The position numbers and the translations under genes are program-made. From Neoconidiobolus thromboides FSU 785 (lineage: Eukaryota; Fungi; Entomophthoromycota), in NCBI GenBank assembly GCA_025603075.1, contig MU626271.1, forward strand, positions 124,001-188,000: 64,000 bases of DNA, in the 5' to 3' direction. This document shows positions 49,893 to 63,821 of this stretch, piece after piece. The first letter of the stretch is position 1, and every line of letters starts with the position of its first letter. The notes under the pieces were generated by a model. The model was not told where the DNA came from and searched no databases. It worked only from the letters and a program-made list of their open reading frames with translations.

Positions 49893-52248
49893 ATGGAAAC
49901 TTCAGAAGGAAAAGAGCTAAGTTTCATGAGCTATAAATCAGCTATCGATATCAATTTTTGGTATATATTAAGAGAGAAAAAATTAGAAGAGTATAAGCTA
50001 AATGAAGAAATTATTACCATTCACGCACAAATTTTAAATCAATTTAAAAATAAGATGGCACCCTTTTGTTCAGTTAATGAAAAAGCTTTTCTCCCATTGA
50101 GTAATACGGTTGGCTGTACTACATTGATAACACGCTTGAAAATATTTAATAAAAAGAAGGAGTTTATGGAAATGGAGATTAAAGAAATGGAAAAGAAAGT
50201 TTTAGATAAAGTAAATTAAGTAAATTCAAATTGAAGTTAATTAATATATTTAATAGGTAATAAAAGACATTTCAAGTGAGGAGATCCTTAACAACATATT
50301 ATTGTTAAACCCAGTTTATTTATTTTGTTATCCGGATTTAAAGAAATATGAATTTTATTATCAATTTTTATTTCCTATATTATGCTTGGAAAACCAAGCT
50401 TTAGCTTCTATTAGTAGTATTCAAACTATGGACAATTTATTTGATGATGAAGAGGTATTTTTTAGTTCGAGTTTTATCGTTTTATTTAATTATCGTTTAG
50501 ACTAATATAATTCAAGAACACATCAATGTAATGTATAATAGTAATAATTCTACAAACCAGTTTTCTCCTTTTTTCATATTCCTAAATGATAGCAAGAACA
50601 ATATTAAAATTTCGGATATTAGCGAACTTAAAGAAGTTTATTTAAATGATAGCAGTAGTACTAAAAGATATATTGGCTTTATCGACCCTTCTTTTGAAAA
50701 TGAAAAGCCAAGTTATTTACTAAATAATTTACTGATTTATTTAGGTATCAAAGGAATTAAACAGGTTGATGTATTACGAATAAGGAGACAAAACAATTCC
50801 AAGATTCAAAAATGGAGTAACGCAATCCAGCTAAACATTACCAATATTACCAATGTTAAAGACATTAAACTAAAAGGATGGGAGAATAATAGATTTCAAA
50901 TTAAAAAGGTTAATTTAAATTCAAACATGAACCCTTTATCTCAAGCTACTGCTTCTGTCAGTTTAAATTTAAAATTGATGAAATGGAATGCAGAGCCAAA
51001 CATCAATTTAGATATTATTAGAAGCTGTAAATGCTTATTGTTGGGGTCGGGTACGTTAGGCAATCATGTTGCTTTAAATTTATTGGTAAATTATAATAGT
51101 TATTTATAAGATACATTTATAATTATACTATTATAGGCATGGAATGTAAATAATATCACTTTTGTTGATAATGGCAAGGTATCTTTTTCAAATCCAGTTC
51201 GACAACCTTTATTTAAATTTGAAGATTGTATAAATGGTGGGAAAGAAAAGGCTACCACAGCTGCTGAAAACCTCAAGTTAATTTATCCGGAAGTTGTAAG
51301 TGACAAAATTATTACGAAAGCGAGATAATACTAACTCTTTAAATAATAGAACGCTAAAGGGTATAAAATTGATATACCAATGCCTGGGCATGTGGTAACC
51401 CAAGTAGAAGAAAAAGAAGTAATAGAGCAAGTCGAATTACTTGAGAGCTTAATTAAAGAAAATGATGCAATTTTTATGCTGACAGATTCTAGAGAGTCTA
51501 GATGGCTCCCAACTATGTTGGCAAACAAACATAATAAACTATTGATTAATGCAGCTTTAGGGTTTGATTCTTACACTGTATTGAGACATGGTATGAAAGA
51601 CAATAATAACGAAAACACTTTATCGTGCTATTTTTGCAGTGACGTTGTTGCACCCCGTGATGTAGTTATATTTTCTATATATATTTTAGTCCTAATTATT
51701 TTTTAGTCTATTACCGATAGGTCCTTAGATGAGCAATGTACAGTTACAAGGCCTGGATTGGCACCTATAGCCGCTGCAAATGCTGTTGAATTATTAGTTT
51801 CAATTCTGCAACATCCTCAACAGTAACATTTTAATTTATTTTTTAAGCTTTATTTAATTCTTTATTAAGTGGGTTAGCTTTACCACCAGATTTTAATAAA
51901 AGCGATGAGACTAATAATGGAGAGGTTAACAATCGATTGGCTACTACAATTCCTCATCGAATTAATGGATATTTAGCTAACTATAAACAGATTCTTACTT
52001 ATGGTACACCTTTTGATAGATGTACAGGATGCTCTAAATATGTAAGTTTATGCTAAAATATAACTTTATTTTAATTAATATTATTTAAGGTTGTTGAAGC
52101 TTATAATAAAAATGGGATTGAGTTTTTATTTAAAGTATTTAATAACTCTCAAATATTGCAAGAAATAACTGGGATCCAAGGATCACTTCTTGATACCCTT
52201 ACTTGGTCTGGTTCAGACGATGACCTTGATGAAAATGATGAATTTTAA
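49893..52248 (+). CDS. ATG7: Autophagy E1-like enzyme Atg7 (multi-exon)
   Basis: [92 protein letters not shown]. Confidence 0.96.
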
Positions 52249-52518
52249 ATTTTGAGTATTTATTTTATATGTATTAAATTTTTCTAATATGTCGCTAATA
52301 TATTTAGTTAGTTTAATTTTAATCGTATAACTATTATTTATCAAGTTATTTAAATGACTAGTATATATGCATTTAAACAGCTTTGAAAATACTTTAACTA
52401 TTATTGAGTAATAAAATCGTGCTTTTTTTAGAAGGGTGTTTTTAGCTTTGTTTATTTTATAACCGTGTTATATTAAAAGCTACTATAAATTATTTGATGT
52501 TATTATCACATAATAAGG

Positions 52519-52590
52519 TAATAAAATAATAAAATAATAAAATAATAAAATAATAAAATAATAAAATAATAAAATAATAAAATAATAAAA
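52519..52590 (+). repeat. (TAATAAAA)x9 perfect tandem repeat
   Basis: 72 bp read directly. Confidence 0.95.
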
Positions 52591-53305
52591 TTAACAATTA
52601 TCTTTTTTTAAAAGTGATGTTTCTAATATTAATGTACTAAAAATGTATTAACTAAAATAGTACTCAAATGAGTATTTTTTCAAAATTATTAACTTCTCCA
52701 TAATAAAACCAATATATGTCGTCATAGTAGCTAATATATTGCTATATAAAATGAACAGTAATATCATTTTTGTCAAAGGTACCAGTTGAATAGTTATACA
52801 TCACTGAGTTTAATTTAATTTATATTATAATATTAAATAGATATTAGTGTAATAATTACAATAAATGTTGTAAAAATTAAAAGTAACTCTTTATTCAAGC
52901 TGATAACATTATAAAAATTGAATAATAAATTGAATAAAAAGACGGTGAGTTATAATCAAAGAGTTTATTAAAATAACGATGCTAAAAACTAATGCTATTA
53001 TACATTAGTTGAATATACTTTATTATTTAGATATAGTTGATATATATTAAAATACTAATATGTGATATTTTTACATTAAATAAGAGCCAATTAAGCATCA
53101 TAAAAATTGAAATTGTTTCAAAATGATTGAAATTGAACAAAACTATCAATTTCTTATGCCAAAAAAGGACAAAATAAGCGAATGGGATTCAACAAACGCT
53201 AATTTTGATAAAGCTAACAATTCAAAAAAAGAAAACCTTCTCTTAGCCTACCTAATAAGTGTAGTTAACCCTTTTGGTATCTTATCCATCCATCACTAAA
53301 ACATA

Positions 53306-54076
<771 letters not shown>

Positions 54077-55296
54077 TTTGCTATTGCAATATTTATATTT
54101 TTTGACCTTATGCTAATCTGGACTGTAACATAAAAAGGAATCAATAAATCAGTCTAAAATAAGTTAATCGCAAAATATTAAAGTATATAGACAATTTTAA
54201 ACGAGAATTTATGGATATTTTTAGGTAATTGCTAATATTTTTTTAGATTTAATTATTTTATAGATAATATTTTAATATTAAATACTATATGGAGGCATAA
54301 ATAAAAAGCAATAAGGATAATAGAGATATGAAATATGTATATAACGAAGCGATTCTATGATTAACAAAACATAACCAGTGCAATCAGTTCAAAAAGACTA
54401 GTATTAAATTACAAAAGCAATAAATCAAAATTTCGCTTAAAAATTTATGAAAAGTTTTTGACTGGGCTGTTATTATGTTTGTAATATTTCTTAAATGGAT
54501 AGTTATTTTAGATTAATTATTGAATTATATTTTTATTTAGTCCTATTTAATGGCAATATGTGATTAGCTACTAAATTAGCTGGGCTGTCACTAAAGATTA
54601 TTTGTGACTTAATAAGTAACATCAATAATATCATAAATAGTAGATTATATAATTTGCCCGAACTTATGAATGTTGTTTAAGAGTATAGTATTGATAAGTG
54701 TGCAATAAGGCCATAGGATTAATAGCATGTATTATCAAATTATAGATATAAATGAAATATACAATTTTTTTAATTCATTTTGTTTACTAATATAATCTTG
54801 ATTTATCTTATTACTACTTTTTAAAAGTGTATATTTTTGGTTGTGTTGAAAAAAAGATTAATTTATCTGATTTTAATATTTGGACTTAAAACTAAGGATG
54901 TTAGAAAATATTAAATAACAGTGTTTATTTTTATAGCTATATTTGTATTGAAAACTTTACTCCATAATATTTCATATTTTAAAAATGATGCAAATTGAAT
55001 AATAAACCCTACTAACTATGCTATAAAACATCATTTAAAATCATAAGCTGCTCCAACTTTTTTAGGGGGCTCTTTTTTTACCAAATTAAACTCTTATCCA
55101 AATATTTCGTATTTTTATTATATCATCTTTAGCCAATCAGGTTTAAAACTAAAACCTTTTATTTCACTTACTTTAGTTCAAATAAAACCTTAATTTCAAA
55201 CTCAGCTCATTATTAATTTTCAAAATAAAAATTAACAAAGAAATCATTTAATAGCAAAAAATCAATTTTATTAAAATACACAAAGTAAAAAACTTA

Positions 55297-55785
55297 TTAA
55301 AAGATAAATGAAAAGGTCCATGAGATCCAATTAAGTAAAGATATCGTTGTTAAAAACTTAGTTATGTAGATAGCTAAAAAGCTGGCTTCAAGATTTGTAT
55401 TTATCAAAACAACTGAGCATTGTAACCAAGTTAAAGAGTGAACCATCCAAGCTACCGAGATGGCTAATGAGATGCACTCCAAAGAGCCAGGAAATATTTG
55501 AGCTGACATATAAACACTTGGCATAGCTTTATAAGCTACATGTAAGTCTCCTAATAATAAAGCAACAATAAAGGAAACTAAGGAAAATAATAAGGTCATA
55601 TTGCTATTTTCGGTACTAAAGTTAAGTTCGTAGAAAATAAAAAATAAGTAATAAAGAGCTCCCATGATGGCTTGGGTCAGTCTTAAAGATTGATAACTTG
55701 AAAAATCTTCTTGAAATTCTTTAGATTCAGGAATGTCTTCATTAACTATAGTATTAGAGTTGGATTGAAAGGTCAAGGACGACAT
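55297..55785 (-). CDS. Orphan 162-aa membrane protein, about 4 TM helices, intronless
   Basis: ATG-initiated ORF with an acidic N-terminus and four hydrophobic stretches; paired CCAAT boxes upstream. Confidence 0.6.
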   Translation of the reverse strand: MSSLTFQSNSNTIVNEDIPESKEFQEDFSSYQSLRLTQAIMGALYYLFFIFYELNFSTENSNMTLLFSLVSFIVALLLGDLHVAYKAMPSVYMSAQIFPGSLECISLAISVAWMVHSLTWLQCSVVLINTNLEASFLAIYITKFLTTISLLNWISWTFSFIF

Positions 55786-56072
55786 GTTATATAATAAATT
55801 AGGAATAATAGTAGAGCTAACTAGTTTTAAAATAGAAAGTATTTAAATTGAATTGGAAGTTTAAGAGGTCCTATTTATATTATTATTTTTTATACTTTTT
55901 TCAGTTGCTTTTTTCACCCCATCTTTTTAGAGGTTGAATCTCTTTCTAACTTTTCCATTGAGAAAATTGAGATCCTGAACATACTAATTTCGATCTTCAC
56001 TCTTAGATCGAAAGTAATTTTTTAATGGGTGGGTGACAAAAGATAGTACTAACAGAAATCATGAGATTGTAC

Positions 56073-56103
56073 TGATTGGCCTGTGATTACATTAAACCAA
56101 TCA
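56073..56103. promoter_or_regulatory. Two oppositely oriented CCAAT boxes (TGATTGGCC, AACCAATCA)
   Basis: About 290-320 bp upstream of the 162-aa ORF. Confidence 0.45.
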
Positions 56104-57009
56104 AGTATATGAAAAAGATAACATTCTTGATATTTTACGTAAAATAAAATTTCGATCTCTACGACATTTTTCTACAAAATTATCTCAAAACGGTAAGTTA
56201 AAATTAAAACTCAAGTTTGTGTTGCATTTATAATTAAATCCATTCTAATAACTTCACACTGAGTCGAGACGTAAATAATAGAGTAACTTTCTTTAATTTT
56301 TCATAGTAACTTTGACAATTAAAAAGTTAACTTCTGAACCCACGCCTATCAAATAAGGATAATTAAAACTCCTTTGAACACGTAGCTAGCATTTTAATTA
56401 AATATTTATCAAATAGATGCTGCTCAGGATATTTTAATATAAAATGCTGGTAAGGGTGAACTTGGGATTTATATTATGTTTGTGGCAAAAGTCAAATTAA
56501 AGTTTTATTAAATTTGTTAAATAAAAATTAATTTTTAATTTAAGGTTGAATTTCTACTGTTTTTTTTCAAATGCTTACTGAGAAATTAGAACTGACATGT
56601 TAAAAATATTCAATAATAGCTTATTATATTAATAATATTTAATCTTATTATTGATAATTGTATAAAATTTGAGATTATGATATGTAGATTCATATTTTTG
56701 TAATCAATAGTTTATTTATTAATATTAATTTAATATTCATTTTATGACTCAATATTCCAAGTTGCTAGAATTGAATGCTGGTTTTATGACTGGGTTTAAA
56801 TACTGAAACAATTACAGTTTTAGATCAAAATTTTAAAATTAATAATTTCTTTTATTATTCTTATATCATTAGATAATTTTAAATTGATTTCGCAAACAAA
56901 ACCTAATCAATTAGCTTGATTTATAGCTTCCTATGATATTATCAATTTCAAATTGTATTTTAAAGCATTTATTATTAAAGCAATATTGTGATTAATGAAT
57001 AAGTTAAGT

Positions 57010-57107
57010 GGAGATGTATTTTTATATTTAAGATTTTACTAACAAATTCTCCGCTTAAATAGCGCCTAAAAAGATAGAAAAAGTAATGAAGCCAAAAAAA
57101 CAGCCCC
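57010..57107 (+). mobile_element. MITE-like repeat, copy 15
   Basis: GGAGATGT...CAGCCCC; family core. Confidence 0.85.
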
Positions 57108-57204
57108 AAGTATTTTTTTTTGAAATTTATTTTTATTAATAAAGGTTTAAGTTTAGGCTTTATTGTAACTAATTCATAAGTTTAATAAAACAGTAAGCTA
57201 ATTA

Positions 57205-57299
57205 TGGCTTCAAAACATTAAACTATATGTTCAAAAGCATTTATCAAAAGGAGCAAAAGTATTGATAATAAAGTTCTTAAAAAACAAAAATACATCCTC
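57205..57299 (-). mobile_element. MITE-like repeat, copy 16 (degenerate)
   Basis: Ends AAGTTCTTAAAAAACAAAAATACATCCTC followed by ATAT; left boundary uncertain. Confidence 0.55.
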
Positions 57300-58026
57300 A
57301 TATGGTAATTTATAATATTATCTTCGAAAAAATTATACTTTCATGTATATTCAACTATTAATTATCAAGTACTTTCAAATATGCTGCTATATAAATCTTT
57401 TATCCATTATCAGAGTAATTTTATAAATAGTAAAATATTTAATTATGGGGTTTTAAAAGCAAATTTAATAGGATCAAATGAATTCTATATACAATTATAA
57501 TTGAAGTTCGAGAGAACACTAAATAAAAAATCAATCATATTTTACTTGGATTGTAAAACCAGGTGTATAAAGAGCTAACTTTCGGATTACATCTCTAAGT
57601 CTCAAGTAATAAAAGATTATTGATCATCTTTGTCTATAATCTTTACACCGTCCTCTCGTTCTATATTGAAAAAATTCTTAATGAATAAGAATTTCAAGGT
57701 TTTTTAATTTGTTGTATCTTAAAACTTATATCATCTAATTACAATTAGAATTTTTGATTTTTTTGGTATTTGATAAAAATATCCGATGTCTTTTTACCGA
57801 ATATCAAGGAAAGTAATAACCATGACTGTAATAAACTATCATAAGGCTAATTTCTTGATTTCTACGAAAAATGAGAGCTTTCCGCAGCTATAAGTTGAGT
57901 AATTCTTTAGAATTAACGTATCCTTGCTATATGATACTTCAACTCAAGCTTATGATTTGGTGTTCTTATTTGGCATATGGTATAAATTAGAGTGTTTTTT
58001 TTACTTGTAGTCTATTTTTCTTAAAA

Positions 58027-59589
58027 ATGGGTTCAATATCAACTGGTAATAAGAGTATTATCTATAATATAAAACTAAATTTTAATAAAACTATAACTAG
58101 GTTCAGCTCATTTTTCGTATTTGAATTGTTTCAAAATAATCTTATTATATGGTTTTATTGACGTATTACCACTGTATATCAACAATCTTTATACTAATGT
58201 AAATATAGCAACAATTTAACCCTTACAAATTAATGGAACTTTTAGACTTTAGTAGAACTGGGTGGGGGCCCACGTAGTCGCCTTGATAAGAGGGTTTATC
58301 TTATATCAAATTTTAATTATTTTGATTATGTGGTACCTATAGCTATAATTATCATTGGATATGTAACTGATAAATACGGAGCTAAAACAATTATACGATT
58401 GTCAATTTATACAACATCCATTTTAATAGTACTTTTGTCTATATCACCAAACCTCTTTTTTATTCGGATTACTTTAATTGGCTTGGGGTTATCTAGTGGA
58501 CTGAAAGTTATTCCTTATGGACTTATAGCAATTCTCTATGAATCCAAACATCAAAGTATTTTCAAATTTACTACTTTAAAGTTGATAAATTAACTACTTA
58601 TAGGTTTCGCGTATGCATTGATAATATTTAGTAGTTTATTTAATGTGGCCATTTCGGATGCTATAGGATCTTTTTTTGGATCTTATAAAAATCAAATTCC
58701 AGATTGGTTCATTCTAAAATTAACGTTTCTTCAATATCCGCTATTATTCCCTGTTTTATGCAGCGCTACTGTATTAGCTATATTTGGCTATTATTTTCAT
58801 TACTTATTACCTTCGGATGATAAATTAGATAATAATCTACTTCTAATTAAAAATGATAAAGCTCAGGCGTCAATGTATGATACAGCGAATCCCAAGTATG
58901 TTTTTATCAACTCATCTCAGGATACCTTCTATTCCCAATTTTTAACTAAGTTGCCTACTAAACGAACTTCCCTTTTGATTGTTTCATATGTATTAAACCA
59001 ATGCTTAACTACATCTGCAATGATGGTATTACCAGGATGGTATATAGGTATGTTTGGGACTGATAGAAATGATTTAGTTTCAGGCTTTGAAAGTTTTTTT
59101 CCTGCTACAATCCTATTTATAGCAGCCACTTTGCTCTTAAGCTCACTCTATTTACCTACCGCCTTAAACAAATTTAAGCCAAGCTATGTATATAATATTG
59201 CTTGTAGTGGAATTTTCATTGTATTTCTTTGCTTAATCATAATTAACTTTCTACAACCAATCATTCCTATTTCATTCCTTGTTTTTTTAGTTAATTTGGC
59301 TCCAACATCTTTACTTGTATGTTTTTTATGTTCCAATTTTTCAGTAATATTATTATTAGCAAAGGTAGAAGATATAAATGTAGGAAAATTTACTGTCCTT
59401 GGTTTGGCATTTGGTAGCTATGACATTCTTGATAAAATCCAAGGGTCTCTTGTTTTAAAATCTTTACTTGTTTACTTTAGTGCCATTGAAAGTTGGAATA
59501 TCTATGTCAAAGTTTCCCTTTTTATCTTAGGCATAATTGCTTTTCTCAATCGTTATCTTTCCCAAGTTATTTTCATTAATAGTAATTAA
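58027..59589 (+). CDS. MFS transporter paralog A (4 exons)
   Basis: MGSIST/GSAHFSYL.../TLVELGGAPRSR...GYVTDKYGAK (MFS motif A).../SFAYAL...; about 12 hydrophobic segments. Confidence 0.75.
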
Positions 59590-60069
59590 TTAATATTATT
59601 TATTAAATAAAATAATACGGATCGTATATTGTCTTATGTGTTATATTCAATTGCACTAAAATGTTTATTTTTCGATACTTTTATTACTTTTAAAAATAAT
59701 ATAGTTTTCTAATAAAGTATAGGTTCAATAAATTGAGCGAAATAACTGTTATCACTATATGCTATTAAAAAGATTACTCTACCATTATTAATAATTATGC
59801 TTTATAAAAATATTAAAATTAGCGTTATTTAATATACAATACTCTTGTTATAGTATAGTTTACATTTAATAATAATTTTTATCTGTTCAAGCTTAACTAA
59901 TCTCTTATCTGCTTTATATTATTTTGCTATTATTATTTAATCATAGCCCAATTTTACATCAGGCTATATATAAGATGTAAAGTAACTATTTTATTTATAT
60001 AAAAGAGTTTTTGAATACTACTTTTTGTAGACTTTTTTTTTAAAAATCCTCAAAAACAAACAAACAAAT

Positions 60070-60166
60070 GGGGGTGTTTTTTTGGCTTCATTATTTTTTC
60101 CATCTTTAAACACTATTTGAGCGAAAAAATCATTAATAAAATTCTTAAACACAAAAAAACATCACC
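60070..60166 (-). mobile_element. MITE-like repeat, copy 17
   Basis: Reverse orientation; family core. Confidence 0.82.
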
Positions 60167-60228
60167 AAATCCCCAAGTGCTTTATTATTTAAATAAAATA
60201 TTACAAGTTAACAAAAGAAGCAATAAAT

Positions 60229-60324
60229 GGGGATGTCTTTTTTAGCTTCATTACTCTTTCTATTTTTTAAGCGCTATTTAACTGGTAAAATTAGTAAAGC
60301 TCTCAAATAATAAAATGCATTCTC
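60229..60324 (-). mobile_element. MITE-like repeat, copy 18
   Basis: Reverse orientation, partly eroded. Confidence 0.75.
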
Positions 60325-61112
60325 AAATTATTTTTAGGCAAACACAACCTTTCTTGCTTTTAGATAAACAAGTTACTGCTACTGAGTGAGAAAAACCTTT
60401 ACTTTAGCCATTCTCAACTAAATAAAAAAAATCCTGAAGGACAAGAAAGGGTTAGATTAAATGCTATTTTTTTATGTATTTTATAGATGGTTTTTCTAAA
60501 CTTGTTAATTTTTCACTTTTAGTTGTAATATTTATTTTCAAACACATCAAATACTTCAAAAAAAAATATTGAAAAAATATTGAATACACTGCTACATAAA
60601 AATTTTCTCGTTAAGATAATTTCCAAAATAAAACATTTAACTACAATAGTTAAAAAATCAAGGTGTAAGGTTAGTAAATTTTCTCATAAGAACTTGAATA
60701 AAAATGAGAATTTCATTTTATTTGAGTTGTTAAAATTTAATACACAAAAAGCTAACTTTCATCTTAGACTTCTGATTCTGAAAGAGTAGCCACTTATTTC
60801 ACATTCGTATACGATCCTTTTTCATTGGTATATGCTCTCGTTATTGAAAGCAACCTTAGCCGCTTTAAGGAGATTAATTTTCTCAATTTGTTCCACCTTA
60901 TAAACTTACATCATCTAACTACAAATCATAAGGCTAATTTCTTTATTTTTATGAAAAATGAGAGTTTTCCGCAGCTATGAATTGAATTAAAGTATCGTAT
61001 AGCAAGAATACGTTAATTCTAAAGAATTACTTAAGCTTATGATTTGGTGTTCTTATTTGAGAGGCAATATAAATATGTTATATTTATATTTCATAAAAGC
61101 ATTTCTTAAAAA

Positions 61113-62719
61113 ATGGGATCAATATCAACTAATGACAGTGATAATATTCATGATAGGGTATCAACTAGTAATAAAAACATTAAATATAATATAATATAAT
61201 ATAACTTATTAATAAAATTATGACTAGCTTCATCTCGTTTCCCAGATTTAAATTATTTAAAAATAATTTTATTAACTGGGTTTATTCATGTATTTATACT
61301 ATGTATTTCAAATATATCTATAAATGTAACTTTAGCAATAAATCAATTTCTATACATTAATTGAACTCTTAGACTTTATTGGAGCTAGAAGGGCTTCCCC
61401 ATGATCGTCATGAAAAAAAATATTATATTGTATCCAACTTCAATTACTTTCAATATATGGTACCTGTAGCTGTAATTCTTGTTAGCTATTTGACTGATAA
61501 ATATGGAGCCAAAAAAACTGTATCTCTATCAATTTATGCTATATCCATTTTAATAGTACTTTTGTCTATATCACCAAACCTCTTTTTTATTCGGATTACT
61601 TTAATTGGCTTAGGCTTATCTAGTGGACTGAAAGCTATTCCTTATGGACTTATAGCAATTCTCTATGAATCCAAACATCAAAGTATTTTCAAATTTACTA
61701 CTTTAAAGTTGATGAATTAATTAATTATAGGTTTTGCATATACTTTATTATTTATCAATCAAATTCTCAGTGGAATTATCTATTATATTATAATCTTTTT
61801 TAAGTCTTATAAAAATCAAATTCCAAATTGGTTCATTCTAAAATTAGTATTCCTTCAATATCCTCAATTGTTCAATGCTTTATGCAGTGCTATTATAATT
61901 TTAATATTTGGTTATTATTCTCGCTCACTACTATTACCTTTGTATGATAAATCAGATACTACTTCGCTTTCAATTAGAAGTGATGAAACTCAAACATTAA
62001 TTAGTGATATTGATAATACAAACTACAACTCAATTAATTCATCTCAGGATGCTTTATATTTTCGCTTTATACCTAAATTACCAACGGAGAGAACAGTACT
62101 TTTAATTGTTTCGTACATTCTAACACAATTTTTAATCACAAATGCAATGATCATATTACTTGAATGGTATATGTTAATGTTTGAAATTGATAAACATGAC
62201 TTAGGTTTAGGTTTTGAAAGTTTTTTTCCTATCATAATCTTTTTTGTAGTGGTTGCTTTTCTCTTAAGTTATCTATATCTACCTAGTACTTTAAACAAAT
62301 TTAATCCAAGCTATGTATATAACATTACTTGTACTGCAATTGTTATAGAATTTGCTTATTTAATAGTGGTTATCTTTTTACAACTAGTCCTTCCTACTTT
62401 TTTTATTACCATATCAGTTACTTTAATCGCTATATCTTTACCCATATGTTTTTTATATTCTAATTTTTCAGTAATGTTATTACTAGCAAAGGTAGAAGAC
62501 AGAAATGTAGGTAAATTTACTGTGTTTGGCTTGGCATTTGGAGGCTATGGTATTCTTAAATCAGTACAAACATCTATTAATTTTAAAGATATATTTGCTT
62601 ACTTTGGTATTATTGAAAATTATTGGATTATTTTTGTTAAGGTTTTCCTTATTATCTTAATCATAATTGCTTTCCTCAATCGTTATCTTTCCCAAATTAT
62701 TTTCGTTAATAATAATTAA
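61113..62719 (+). CDS. MFS transporter paralog B (4 exons), tandem duplicate of A
   Basis: Same exon layout; SYLTDKYGAKK; exon 3 and intron 3 nearly identical to A in their 3' part; frame intact. Confidence 0.75.
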
Positions 62720-62882
62720 TTAATATTATTAAATAAAATAATACGGATTGTATATTTTTTGTATGCTCTATTCAGCTATAATAAAATAGTCATGTTTCAA
62801 TCTTTTTATTGCTTTTAAAACAATAGCTTTTTAATAATACATAAGTTCCATAAATAGAGCAGAATAATTACTAACATTATGT

Positions 62883-62979
62883 GGGGATGTATTTTTTATT
62901 TAAAAATTTCACTAACAATCTCTCCGCTCGAACAGCCCTTAAAAAATGGAAAAAGTAATGAAATAAAAAAAATATTCCC
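62883..62979 (+). mobile_element. MITE-like repeat, copy 19 (absent at the paralogous site 59759-59760)
   Basis: GGGGATGT...ATTCCC; flanks align with the empty site downstream of paralog A. Confidence 0.85.
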
Positions 62980-63351
62980 ATGTATTAAAAAGTCATTATC
63001 ACATTACCAATAATTCAACTTCTAAAAGAATGCAAAAGTTGAAATTATCTAATATACATTATTTTATTTACTTTGTTGTGCTTTTGTTGCTGCTACTTAA
63101 TCCCAACTTAAGTTTGGATCAGCTTATGAATACTAAATACAATAAACACTTTATTTTTAAATATATTAGAAACTTTAACTAATATTAATATGGTTGATTA
63201 TTGCTATTTCACCTAATAGATTGCTTAAATCCTTAGATCAAGAAAGTAAACTCATCGAAAAGAAAAAAAGATCCCATTTAGTTAAATATTTCCATTATTT
63301 CTCATGTATTTCTTACTTTTTTTATCTTTAATATATTTCATTCTACAATTT

Positions 63352-63448
63352 GAGACTGTTTTTTTTGGTTTCACTATTTTTCCATTTTTTAAGCGCTATT
63401 TGAGTGGAAAAATTGTAGTAAAATTCTTAAACAAAAAAATATATCCCC
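63352..63448 (-). mobile_element. MITE-like repeat, copy 20
   Basis: Reverse orientation, ends ATATCCCC followed by AT. Confidence 0.82.
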
Positions 63449-63821
63449 ATTTCTATTTTCTTCACTCAAATAAGGCATTTGAGAGCTAATCTCTTCAAAA
63501 TTTATGAAAGTCCAACATTGTATTAAAAAAACGTTTATTTTAATTATTAAATCCTCATAATTCTTTTTACTATTTAAAACTTATTAATCAATTATAAATA
63601 AAAGATAATTTTTATTTGTTAATGTTCTTATAGCTCAAAATTTAATAAAATATTTGCATTGAAATTTCATCATATTACATGATATAATATCAACTCATTT
63701 CTGGAAAAAAGGTATGTAAATAAGTTATATTAACTTATAATAAACAATAACAACTATTTTAATTATATTGATCATAATTAAATTATAAAATATCAGCACC
63801 TACATTCCATATTCCACTAAA

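Noticed and set aside
57916-57926. U12-type donor GTATCCTT
   Set aside because: Lies in the intergenic inverted segment with no intron context; no U12 intron was found in the genes examined.
58246-58332. Frameshift in exon 3 of MFS paralog A
   Set aside because: Codon counting from the acceptor gives a continuous frame (TLVELGGAPRSR...YVVP).
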